NCBI RefSeq assembly: GCF_963506605.1
Contig: NC_083282.1
Location: 21,700,001-21,764,000 of the forward strand
DNA: 64,000 bases
Reading direction: 5' to 3'
From: Zootoca vivipara
Lineage: Eukaryota
Shown here: positions 24,041 to 35,958 of the stretch, one piece after another
Layout: each line of letters starts with the position of its first letter
Numbering within the stretch: position 1 is the first letter of the stretch
Program-made: the position numbers and the translations under genes
Notes under the pieces: model-generated
Database searches by the model: none
Seen by the model: only the letters and a program-made list of their open reading frames with translations
Told to the model about the DNA's origin: nothing

Positions 24041-25146
24041 TAGTTTAATCTGTATGAACTCTTCTAACTAGAGCTATAGACCAAATTTTATAGGCCCTAA
24101 ATGAGTTGTGCGAATATTCTAGAACATTTCCAAAAGCATGAGTCTAGGATGTACTTTTTGTGCACCTAACAACCTAATCTTGCTGTTCCTCCTTGGAACG
24201 TGTTTAAAACGGCTAGAGCTGGATACGACAACAAAGTCTTAGAGGAGGGACTGTATGGGTTGGGGGTTGGGAGGAAAGCTGGCCTTTGTTTGACTGATTT
24301 TGGTTTAAGGGTTTCCATCTGGCAACTACTTGGCTATGGTGATGATTCCATTTTTTGCCTGCAAAAAGTGCTAGCACAAGAAATTGCTGGTTTACAGTTC
24401 TACTTTACAAAATGTACCAGTATATTGCCTATTCCAGTTATCAGTGTAGGAATTGCTGTTTGAATAGTAGCTGATTATATGCTTTGCAGATTTATGTGGT
24501 CCTTGCTATAATGGGACAGGTACATTTGTACAGATATGAAGTGCTTCACCATATATTCCATTGCAGTTATTTCTGTTAGTGAAACTAGGCTATTAGTTTT
24601 GTAAATCAGTATTTGACTTGTAGACTGAATCACTTTTTGTTTGAAACCACCTACACAGATTCGTTTGGAAATATTTGGAACACACAACCCACTTGATTTT
24701 TTTAAAAAAAATATTTTTGAGGCATGGGAGATAATGACAAGAACATTATTCCAAGGAAGGTCAAAATCTGTACTGCCGTAGTGTATGAAAATATGTTTCA
24801 GGTCCAGGTTTCCATTCAAGAAAACAACCAGAATTCTTGGAACACTATAATCATAGTATATTTTTGTTAGGCAATGAAATGTTATGTGTAGTCTACAGAA
24901 AGCATTAGGAGGGCAGCTTAAATGATTAAGACTTGATTTATTTACAGTTGTCTGTAACATGATACAACCTATTTTATACATGATTTTTTTTTCATTTCTA
25001 TATGATCACTGCCTATGATAGCGCAGGTTAACAAAAAAAAATCACTTTTCCTGTAAGAAATCCTTCCTGGTTAATGGCGCCGGAGGCAAAGTAATATACA
25101 AAAATTACTTTAACCTTCAAAGTTATGTGACTACTCTCATGCCTTT

Positions 25147-25860
25147 CATAAGAACTTAAGAGCCTTGCTGGATCTGACCAAGGGCCCATCAGGTCCAACC
25201 TCCTGTTCTCAAAGCTGCCAATCAGAGACCAATGGGAAGCAGAATATAAACAGGAGAACACTCTGCCCACTTACGTCCCCTCCTCCATAAATTAATTTGC
25301 CTAATCCTCTTTTAAAGCTATCCAAATTGACGAGCATCATAATGTCTTATGGTAGTGAATTCCATGGTTTAATTATGTGCTGTGTGGAAAATTGCTTCCT
25401 TTTGTGTGTCCTGAATCTTCCAACATTTAGCATAATTGGATGACCCTGGGTTCTAGTACTTATGTGAGATGGACAAAAACTTCTCTTTATCCACTTTTTC
25501 CACACCATGCACCTCTTACTATGTCCTCTGTTTGCTTCCTTTTTTCTAAACTAAAAAGCCCCAACTGCTGTAACTTTTTCTCATAGGGTAGTTGCTCCAT
25601 CCCTGGAGCCATGATAGTCTGTTGCTGTAAAAAGAGCAAGAACAAAGACTCTTGTAGGACCTTAAGCCATAATAAACTTGTTAGTCTTTAAATCCAACAA
25701 TACTTTTTTGTTTTTGTTTTTAAATAATTTTTGTTACCTTTTCCTGCACCTTTTCCTGCTTTCCTTTTTGAGGTGTGGCAAACAAAACTGGACACAGTAT
25801 TCCAAGCATGGTTGCACCACAGATTTTTTTTTTAACGCCTTCTGTATTTCTGCAGTGTTC
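25147..25860 (-). mobile_element. Degenerate CR1-type LINE 3' portion with a small Penelope-like insert at ~25610-25720
   Basis: Tail CATAAGAACTTAAGAGCCTTGCTGGATCTGACCAAGGGCCCATC; downstream CAAAACTGGACACAGTATTCCAAG is typical of antisense CR1 ORF2. Confidence 0.65.
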
Positions 25861-28469
25861 TTTAATCGTGTAGAAATGCCCTAGCTAAAATGTTACCATT
25901 CTTACTCTTATTCCAAAGTTAGTGGCTTAATGAAGTGATAAGGTTTTGAATACTTGGGAATTCAAAGTTTTTCTTCTTCTTGCTATTCAAAAACCTAAAT
26001 GCCTGTGTTATGCTTCCCTAGTAATTAAAGAGATTAAAGGGTGAGTCATCACTTGACCTACTATGATAGGCTCAGAGAATTGGAGAGAATTTATGGCCCT
26101 GTTTCAGCTATGTGGACAGATGGCATAAAAAAATCTACTGTGGCAAATCTAGAACAGATGTTTTCTGTAGGCCTAGGAGACAAGAATGTCACGCCAAGAT
26201 GCTACATCTTTGTGGGTGCAATAAGATCAATATTTGTAGAATCAGATCTTTGACTGTACCCAGCGTATTGTTGGCACTAATTAAGTACCTAACCCTCTAT
26301 AATATGGTGCTTAAGGAAGGGAATACAATTTAAATTTCCTCTCTTTGGGGGATAAATTTCAAGATATGGAGGTGTTTGGAGGATTAAAGCCTAAATTCAA
26401 CCTGTCTGTTCAATTCCATGCCTCTCCTGACTCATTTATGCCGATCAGAAGAGGGTTGACCAGTTGGATTCAGAGAGTGATTAATATCTCTTTTTGAGAA
26501 GAAATAGTTGCAGTCTTTTTGAAGGAGGTGGGTTTGAGGCCATTTCCAAAGGAACTCTTTCTAGACACCAAATATAGTCATGATTGTTGTCCAAATAAAA
26601 CCTTCCCTGTACTGGAAAGGGGGGGTGGGGTGACTGTAAAATTCAGGCATAGTTTGAATGATGATGAAATAGATTGACTTCAGTGTGGCTTCCAGCTTGT
26701 CATCAGAACTGAAACTGCATTGGTTGTTATTTATATGAACTTTATTAGGAGAAGGAAAAGTGAAGTGTGATCCTGCTAATATGTCTGGATCTCTCAGCAT
26801 TTCATAATGCAGTGTTCAATTTAATTTGGCACTGCACTCCCCCAAGTGGTGCCCTCCAGATGGTTTGGACTAAAACTCCTGTCATTCCTAACTATGAACC
26901 ATGCTGGCTAGGGCTTTATGGAAATGGGTGGTGAACCTGTGATCTGAGGATCAATCTTGGCTTTCATATTTGGCCTGTGGAAACCCCCCCCCCCAATTAT
27001 TGCATGGTGATTAATCTCCCTTTCAAGAGATCAAGCAGGTAGTGGCTGCTGAGCTCTAGGGCATTCCTGAGTGATCCTGATTTTCTAGATGTACTTTATT
27101 CTGACCTCTGCTTCATTTTTGAGACAGTTTGGTGGATGATTAATGCCAGGGGAAAGCATCCATGTTGATTTCCCATAATCTCAAAGTCACGTTAGATACC
27201 ATTACCAATTTCATACTTTTGGATTGCTTGTCCAGGATGAGTTTTCCAGCTCAGTTCTGAGTTATACCAGAATCTGTCCACCAAGAAGGAACTGAAAGTG
27301 ATTTTGGGAGACTGTAGCTCAGTATCATGGCATTTATTCTATGGTGTTCCTCATGGTTTTGTATTGTGCCTTGCACTGTTCAACACATTCATGAAACCTA
27401 CTGGTAGAACTCATTTTGATGCCTGTAATCAATATATGGTTGATACCAAGCTCTCTCTCATTTCTTTTCATTAAATCTAGATGTAGCCATAGGTGTCCTG
27501 AATAGGTGCATAGCATGCTCATTAATAAACTGACAAGACAAGAGAGAAGTGCCATTAACTGATACTGTAATGGCATATCTTTCCGTGGAAGCGATATTGA
27601 ACCTGTTCTGAATTGGGTTGGCTTCTTCTTGAAGTATCCACTTCACACTTTGATGTTCTTTTACATTCAGCATTGCTGATGGATGCATAGGTGACATCCA
27701 TAATGTGTCGTGTCTTCAACCAACTTCAGTCGTAATGTGGTGTACTTAGGCTTCCTTTTGAAAACAATTTGGAAATTCAACTGATGCAAAATGTGAAAGT
27801 GGGACTGACTACTGAGACCATATGCCGCTCACAAAAACATCACTAGCTACCACTTTACTTTGGGGCTCATTTCTAAGTCATAGTATCCACTTGGGAGGCT
27901 TGGTCAATAAGTTTATTAAAAGATTATTGAAATGAGCAAGAAGAAAATTTGACTTAAATCATTGGTTTGAATTAAGATTTTTATTGATAGCTTCTTCATA
28001 TATTTCGTAAACAGGGCTCCAAGAAAACAAATATCCAGGCAATTTCGTTCATTCATAATTTTCTCCAATGAGAACATAATCTGTGACTGCTTGTAACATA
28101 CTTATATTCATTGCCCTTTGAAGTGAATTAGTTTTCTTTTTCATAGAAACAGACTTTAATTCAATGTTCTTGTTTGAACGTACTGCTAAATAATGGTTTA
28201 GAGCTACATTCCGACTTTAGCCTTAGTTTTAATTATGGTTCATTGGTCCAAGAGTGGTTTGTAAACCACCATTTTAAATTTACTTGTTTGGACAAACTAT
28301 AGTTAAAGTTAACAATAGATTGCAATGGTTTTGATATATTGGCAAATCCTGGTTGGTAGAAAATTGAAGTAAATGCTTCTAGTCACCATTTGCAGCTGTG
28401 CCAGAGATGGGGAAATAGAATTGAATGTGTCTAAGGCTTGTTTATGTAGCACCAAATCATAGTTTAATG

Positions 28470-28600
28470 TTCCCCAAACTGCGGCCCTCCAGATGTTTTG
28501 GCCTACAACTCCCATGATCCCTAGCTAACAGGACTAGTGGTCAGGGATGATGGGAATTGTAGTCCAAAACATCTGGAGGTCCATAGTTTGGGTTTGCCTG
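28470..28600. mobile_element. Palindromic hAT-like MITE copy
   Basis: CCAGATGTTTTGGCCTACAACTCCCATGATCCCT ... AGGGATGATGGGAATTGTAGTCCAAAACATCTGG. Confidence 0.75.
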
Positions 28601-28920
28601 GTTTAGAGGGAAACAAACTAGGAGTCCTAATTTGGATAACAAGCCACGCTCTGGTTTGTTTTGTCCATCTCATGGCAGGAGTACTCAGGAAGAAGGGGTT
28701 GAGTACTCAGGAATATTTGAGTTGTTTGCACTAGTGTGCTGCTCGTTCACATTAAGCAATAGTTTGTTTTAAACTTTTGCTTGATGTGACATGTGAATCA
28801 GGTCTCTAACTAGGTTTCCTAGATACTCATATTTTTAAAAAAGATCTGTCAAACTTACATGCTTAATATTAGTGTTTGCATTTTTAAATGGCAAAGTGCT
28901 TACTGTTTCTTTCTTTTTAG

Positions 28921-28996
28921 AGAGGATCTGACGAGCTTCTTTCAGGCAGTGTACTCAATAGTCCGAACTCTAACATGAGCAGCATAGTAGTTACTG
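28921..28996 (+). CDS. PTBP2: PTBP2 exon 3 (RGSDELLSGSVLNSPNSNMSSIVVT)
   Basis: Acceptor tttctttttag, donor CTG|gtaagt, 76 nt. Completes the PTB-family KRGS motif. Confidence 0.97.
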
Positions 28997-29199
28997 GTAA
29001 GTGATGCTTTTTGAAAGGAGACTTTTTTCATTGTAGTATCAAAATGTATCAATGTTGCAGAAGAAGAATGGACATCTGGACAATGTTTATTATGCCTTCT
29101 TAGGATCTGTTTATTATGCCTTCTTAGGATCTGAGTTTTAAAATATCAAATGCGTAATACAATACTTGTAAAAAAATAAAATTCTGATGCATGGGATTC

Positions 29200-29455
29200 G
29201 GAGTTACCCAGAGCAGAACTACACTAGCTGGACTTTCACGGGGGCAGAATGGGATGGGGGTGGTGAGGCAATCTTCACCAATTCCTTCTGTGCACCCCCC
29301 CATGCATTTCCCCCTGAAAATCTGTTCTGGAGGGTTGGGAAACCCTCTTTAATACTGTGGGGAGGAGGCATAAAGGACTGCAGGGGGAAGGGAGAATCAT
29401 TGGACATTACCTCCCCCATCTTCCACCAAGGAGCCTCCATTGGATCTTGGTCCCT
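29200..29455. mobile_element. Unclassified interspersed repeat; related copies at ~49600-49840 and ~51130-51335
   Basis: Shared motif CCCC...AA(A/C)CTG(C/T)TC(T/C)(G/A)G(A/G)GG...GG in all three copies, seen by eye. Confidence 0.45.
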
Positions 29456-31396
29456 TCTTTAAATTATAGGAATAAGGAAGGAAGGAATAATTTATTGGTC
29501 AAGTACAGTACTTGGAATTTTGCTTCGACTACATTGCAGTGTAAACGTACCTTATACAAAAATGACAGGAATTCTTATTTAGTTCAACACCAGGTCTGAG
29601 TCCAAACCTGCATAACTTTGAAAAAGGGATTCTCACAGTTTATTCTTAATGCCTTTTTTTTATTGGTTTTTGGAGAGGGACCTTCTGTCAGGCAAGGAAA
29701 TACTCAGGCAGACATTTGCGCTTTCTGCCTGTCTGCACTGTGTCATCCAGCCAGGGTCTGTTTTGATATTCTGTGTTTCATTCATGTTGAAACCTCTCAC
29801 CCACCCATTTTTTTTAGACAGGTTTGTGTTGCTTCAGGTAGTCAGAGCAACACATGTCGTTTGTACCAGGTCTCCTATTCCTCTTTGCAGGTTACCTCTC
29901 CTTCCCTAAGTGAAACACCATTTCAAAACAATGGCTATATCCTATTAGTTTGGGTAGCTTTTTGAACTACTGATAGTACTACTACTGCCCATAACTATTA
30001 TACCTGGATGTAACAGGAGAGGAGGGGGGGAATACAAGCCCCCTCCAGCAATCTGGCCAGGATCAACTGTCATATGTCTCCTTCCCTCCAAGGACTCTGT
30101 TGTGTAGTCATTATATAGCTATTAGTAACTGGCACTTGAATCTGCATATTTTCACTGCCACTCCTCATCGTGCCTTCCCTTAGTGCAGGGAAGGGGCTTC
30201 CGCTCACATCAGTTGCAGGCAGCATGGACAGTAGTCAGGAGTCATGAAAGTTGTAGTCCAGCAACAGTTGGAGTGCCACAGGTTCCCCACGCCTGCTTTA
30301 GTGTCACATGTATCAGCTTGTAAGATCTGTTCTGATCATTGTACAATGCTTAAGAATGTATTAAGTGCATAATAGAACTTATTGAGAATAGTTACCCTTG
30401 AATACTGGTGTTAGCTTTCCAGATAGGTCTGAAGGGGGTACCTGCCAGAGTGGCTGGGGTGGGTATGTATGTATGTATGTATGTATAAATAAATAAATAA
30501 ATAATAATAATAAATAAATAATCTGCATGAGCATTTGTCTCCCCATAGTATGAGGGAAAGAGAAAATCCCATGCTCAAGCCTTCATCATACAGTTGTACA
30601 GTGTCATAGATCTTGTGTGCTGAATTATTTCTTTTCTGTCACTTTACTAGCCAGTAGATAATTAATGTGTTCTTTTTATGCTGGACTTTTAACTGTCCAT
30701 CAAATCTGGGTTTGTCAGATTTTATTGTTTTTATTTATTTATTTAGTAAGCCCCTCTGGGAGGTATGGCTGAGGAGTGGGTAATATATGTTTTGAAATCA
30801 TATATAAATAAATTAAAATAGAATTAGAGTGGGAGAGCCATGTAGCTATATCCCTGCATCAGTGGAGACTTGTGCAGTAGCCTGGAGGCAATTTTTAATT
30901 GCTAGGTAAGTTGCTAATTATAAACTTGAGTTATGTAAATGTTAATTATGGAGCACTGTAAACACATTTCTTGTTTATAAGGTTTCAAGCAGGGATCAAA
31001 ATTAACGATGTAGCAATATATTTAAAACTACCTTTACCTTAAGTATTGAAATTAGTTCTAAGTTGAAATGGAAGGGCAAGGGAAATAATTTTGTTAATAT
31101 TTTCATGGACCCCTCCACAAGCTGTTCCTTGGGTGACTTTTTTGGGATGAAGCGGGGGTGAAAGGGTATAAAAAAATGTGTTTGTTGTGAGAGGGAAGTA
31201 TTTCTTCAGTCTATCAAGATAGGAAGCAAAGTTTTTGCTGAAAATGTAGATTGCCTTGGGAGCTGGGAAGTTCCTTCCCCCTCTTCATGGACATCCAAAC
31301 TGAAGTCAAAATACTGCTTCATTTGCTCTCAGTAACATAGTCTTTGGCTTTATCACATTCAGCACTTGATTCCTGTTTTTTGTTGAAGAAGAGTTA

Positions 31397-31570
31397 CAGT
31401 ATATTCCTGTGTATAAGACTACTTTTTAACCCAGGAAAATCTTCTCAAAAGTCGGGGGTCGTCTTATATGCTGGGTCGTATTTCTTATACGGCGAGTATA
31501 TCCCAAACTCTATATTTTGACTGGAAAAGTTGGGGGTCGTCTTATACGCCCAGTCGTCTTATACACCGGA
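31397..31570. mobile_element. Tc1/mariner (Tc2/pogo-like) DNA transposon end fragment
   Basis: TA|CAGTATATTCCTGTGTATAAGAC with repeated GGGGGTCGTCTTATA subterminal motifs. A related end lies at ~55050-55128. Confidence 0.5.
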
Positions 31571-31744
31571 TTATTTTTTTTCCAAATTATGTAGCAGCAG
31601 CTACATCTCTACAACATAAGAATAATAATAAAAGGCAGAAGGTCTGGAGAAATTTTTGCATCTTTCAAAGGTTTTTGTCATTAAAATCTAAGTGTTAGTA
31701 TTTAGTGCAGCACTAATTGGAAAGAAGAGTCCCGTGTTAATGTT

Positions 31745-31879
31745 NNNNNNNNNNNNNNNNNNNNNNNNNNNNNNNNNNNNNNNNNNNNNNNNNNNNNNNN
31801 NNNNNNNNNNNNNNNNNNNNNNNNNNNNNNNNNNNNNNNNNNNNNNNNNNNNNNNNNNNNNNNNNNNNNNNNNNNNNNN
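31745..31879. other. Assembly gap (135 N) in intron 3
   Basis: Run of N. Confidence 1.
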
Positions 31880-33699
31880 CATGTCAGATGCTACTCTGGA
31901 GAAGACCTTCCCCCAAAAAGGGGCCTTAAAAGAACCCCCACTCATTTACATTCATGCTTGATATTTTGGTCACATATGCCAGGCTACTATTTTCTTGGAC
32001 TTGTGTGATTTTAGGAAGTTTCTTGTAACAAAAATAAAAATAAATACTAGCTCTTAAACCTCCTGTTAGCACATAGCCATCTTAAAAATTATACCAGGCT
32101 TTGCTTACAGTAATTTAAAGATTTTACCACTAGGTAAGCATTTAGTTTCTGCTATTAAATCAGGAGTATCCAACATGATGCACTCTTATGCTGTTGGTAT
32201 ACACCAATGTTGTTTAAAACACAATTAACCCAGTTAGTATTGGCAATGGTCAGATATGATGGGAGTTGTAGTTTGGAGGTACCATGTTGGCTATCACTGA
32301 CTTAAATGGTCATATATGAAGTATAATAAGTGTGGGGTTTGATGTGGTTGTCCTGCTTCTAGTATATTTGTAATCTTGAAAGTTGCTGTTCCTGTTTGGA
32401 TGAGAAACAACATTGACACTTCCAATATTGGACTTTGTTACATGTGATATGAGTTTAAATATTTGCATATTCAGATTCCTTAAATTGAAAGAAAAGTTTC
32501 CTGCATTTCTCCAAAGATTCTCAGCATCATGAATAAGTTAAGATCCTAGACTGACTTAGAACAGACTCTCTATGTGGTCCTACTGTTGATTTTCTAATAA
32601 AGCAGAGATTTGTTTAACCTTTTGTAAAAGTGAGAGTGAAAATGTTATCAAGAAATTCCACACTAATACAGACGTCTTTCTAATGTGCACCATGAGGCCT
32701 ACTGCAGTCTTGTAACCTCTGAAGCAACACTGGATTCACCCTTTGCCTTGAGAGGTCTGGTGTCTGATGAGGTAACAGTTGCTCTGCAGGCTTTCCCAGC
32801 ACCCCTTGCTGATGATGCCAGGGATCACCATATGCTAAATGGGGCCACTGTGCCCTTTTTATTAGCAGGCTAAAATTCTCTCCTAAGCAGCTCACCACAG
32901 GAACTCTGGTAACTTTCAAGCAATAAACGATTGATGAAGGGAGGTTGCTTCATCAGTGGAGGAGGATGTTAGAACACGCACCAGAGCCAAGAAAATGAAC
33001 AGCAAGGACTCTAATGGTGGTGGCCTGCAATGTGAGTTTCTTGCCTGAAAGCACATAGACCACACCAGCTGCACATATAACCCTGTTGCTCTGTTGGAAG
33101 AGATGAAAAGAGGATAACTGGAGCAAATTTCCATACTTCCATACCTCATTGGAGAATAGAAGGAGATCTTGACAGGAAATAGGAAGCATTGTAGCAAAGA
33201 CAAAAATAGAAAGAGTATCTGAGTAGAAGATGACAACCGGAATTGCGAAGTAACCGCAAGAAAGACAGCCTATTAGGAGCAGGAGAATCAGAAGACAGTT
33301 TGAACAATAGAGCTAAGAAATCACTTTCAGTATTAATTCAACAAGAACAGCTCTGAACATCTTTCTGGATAGCTACAGAAAGATATTCTTTGTGGGAAGG
33401 AAGACTCTTGGTGCTTCAAGAACAAAGGTGACAGTCACAGCCTACAGAAAGAAGAAGAGAAGTGTTGTGGTGGTTGAAGACTCCCTACTGAGAGGTTCAG
33501 AGTGGCTTGTGAATGTACCAGACCTGTTAACTTGTGACATAAGCTGCCTTCCCATTGTGTGAATTCAGGAAGTGATGGACAGGTTTCCCAGACTTGCCAA
33601 ACCTGCTGATTATCCCTTCTTGCACACCATGTGAGATCAAACATTACTGTCTAGCACAACTATGACTATCATATGTAAGTATGAAGCTCTGGGGATGAA

Positions 33700-34945
33700 A
33701 GTGAAGGACTTTGGAACTTAAGTAGTGGTCATGCCATTTCTACTTGTAAAAGATGGAGGGCTATGAAGAGAGAGAATAATACTTCAAGTTATTAGAGTTG
33801 ATGGGAGAAGTTCTGTTTCTGGGACTGGTGTGAGCTTCCTTAAGGACTACTGGAAGGAGATGGGCTGCAACTTACTAGGACTGGAAAAATGTGTCTAGCA
33901 AAAGAAAAAGTATGAACCTGATCAAGAGCTTTGAACTAAATTCTGTAGCAGTTGGAGATAGGTAAGTTCAAAAGGTAAGCACTGAAGATGGGGATCTGTG
34001 TGCTGTAGGGGAACGGGGAATTGTGTGGCTGACTAGCAAACTAATAAAATCTCAGGAGAGAGATTGGAACAGAATTTTCAAGGCTTTCAGTGACTATATA
34101 CTAATATGCAGCATATTGAAAATAAATGATTTTGAACTCCAAATACAGGAAGATAAATACAATTTGCTGGGTATAACAGACTTGGTGGGAAAACTCGTGT
34201 GATTTGAATGTAATAATTGAAGGTTACAAATTGTTCAAAAAAGAATAGGTGCAAGAGAAAGAGAGTAGCATTATATGTGAAAGATGCTCAGGCCTGCACA
34301 GAATTCATGAGAGTGAACATGTTAGCCTTGTCGATATACCATCAGGGTCAAAATAAATGGAGAAAAAAATAAAATTGTGGTTGGAGTTTTCTGTGGACTG
34401 TCAAACATATGTGGTGATGTGAATTATCCTTTCCTGAAACAATTTACAGATGTTTCATGTAAGCAAATTTAGTAGTATGAGAGGGTACTTCAACTGATGT
34501 CTTCTGACTGATACCATGGAAGATACTAGAACAGAGAAGAAGAGAATCCGTTTGAAAGTGCTTAGTAGAACCCAGCATTCGTCAAGAATAAATCTTGCTA
34601 GACTAATCTTATCACTCTTTAAAATCAGGTTAATGGATGGCGGGAATGCTGTGGGTGTAATCTATCTTGATTTCAGCAAAGTGTCTGACAGAGTACCCCT
34701 TGATAATTTTGTTAAATGTGGCTTAAATGTGGGCTAGGTAATAGTATTGTCAGAAGGATTCACAGCTGGTGAGGAAACCATACTTAGTGCTCATCAGTGG
34801 CTTCTCATCAAACTGGAGGGAGGTTTTGATTGGGGTTCTTCTGCAGGGCTTTGTCCTACCCACTTTCAATGTTTTTCATCAGTCAGTGACTTAGATGAAG
34901 GGGTAGAAATAATTCTTACAATATTTGTGGATGACACAGTTGCTA
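33700..34945 (+). mobile_element. Highly decayed, internally deleted CR1 LINE (endonuclease and RT remnants)
   Basis: Frameshifted motifs LYTN, GIT..WW, GYKLF, VALYV and (MG)YFN, then NAVGVIYLDFSKVSDRVP (YLDFSKAFD) and SDLDEG...FVDDT (FADDT). Confidence 0.8.
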
Positions 34946-35608
34946 ATTAGATAAAAAGTATGATTGTGTATATTATTTATAAAATCAAATAAAAATGTAC
35001 AAGGAATTAAAATGTTTTAAAGGACAATCATTACTGTTTTTCCATCAAGAATGCAGCTTTCTAGCCTTTTAAGAAGAAGGTAAACATAGCTTAAAATGTG
35101 TGTCAGTGTAAAAGTCTATTCTAACTAAATAGGTCAGAAAATTGTATGATATGATTTCAAAAGAGTTACGGTACATTCTTCAATTCTTCTTTAGCAAGTG
35201 AATTCTCTTCAATATCACTCCAAATTTCAAGGTGCTTTTTTACCTTTATCATCAGGTATTGAATGACCTTACCACTTACTACATTGATGAATATAGGGTT
35301 CAATAGAAGTAAAAGTTTACGATGCTGATAAATGGCTGTCTTTAACATACTAAATTAGCATTTCATAAATATAATTTTGGGAATCATCATTTACTGAAAA
35401 TGAGTATAAATAATTGGCTTCTATTTAGCTAGAATATTCCATCATAGATAGGCTTTGAGTAATAGCTTTATGATAAATAATATTTTTATTTCTTTTACAA
35501 ATCGCTGTAACGCTGGAGTACAAAGTTTGGCTTTCCATATGTCCCTTGTATTCGAATTGGTAGAGGAAAATCAAGTAACCTGATTTGTACATAGTATACT
35601 GTCCAGTA

Positions 35609-35958
35609 TGGGGACCCAGGTGGCGCTGTGGTTAAACCACTGAGCCTAGGGCTTGCTGATCAGAAGGTCGGCGGTTCGAATCCCTGTGACGGGGTGAGCT
35701 CCCGTTGCTCGGTCCCAGCTCCTGCCAACCTAGCAGTTCGAAAGCACGTCAAAGTGCAAGTAGATAAATAGGAACCGCTACAGCGGGAAGGTAAACGGCG
35801 TTTCCGTGTGCTGCTCTGGTTTGCCAGAAGCGGCTTTGTCATGCTGGCCACATGACCTGGAAGCTATACGCCGGCTCCCTCGGCCAATAATGCGAGATGA
35901 GCGCGCAACCCCAGAGTCGGTCACGACTGGACCTAATGGTCAGGGGTCCCTTTACCTT
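35609..35958 (+). mobile_element. Sauria SINE, full length, in PTBP2 intron 3
   Basis: Closely similar to 8753-9103; 14-bp TSD TATACTGTCCAGTA (35595-35608, 35959-35972). Confidence 0.93.
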
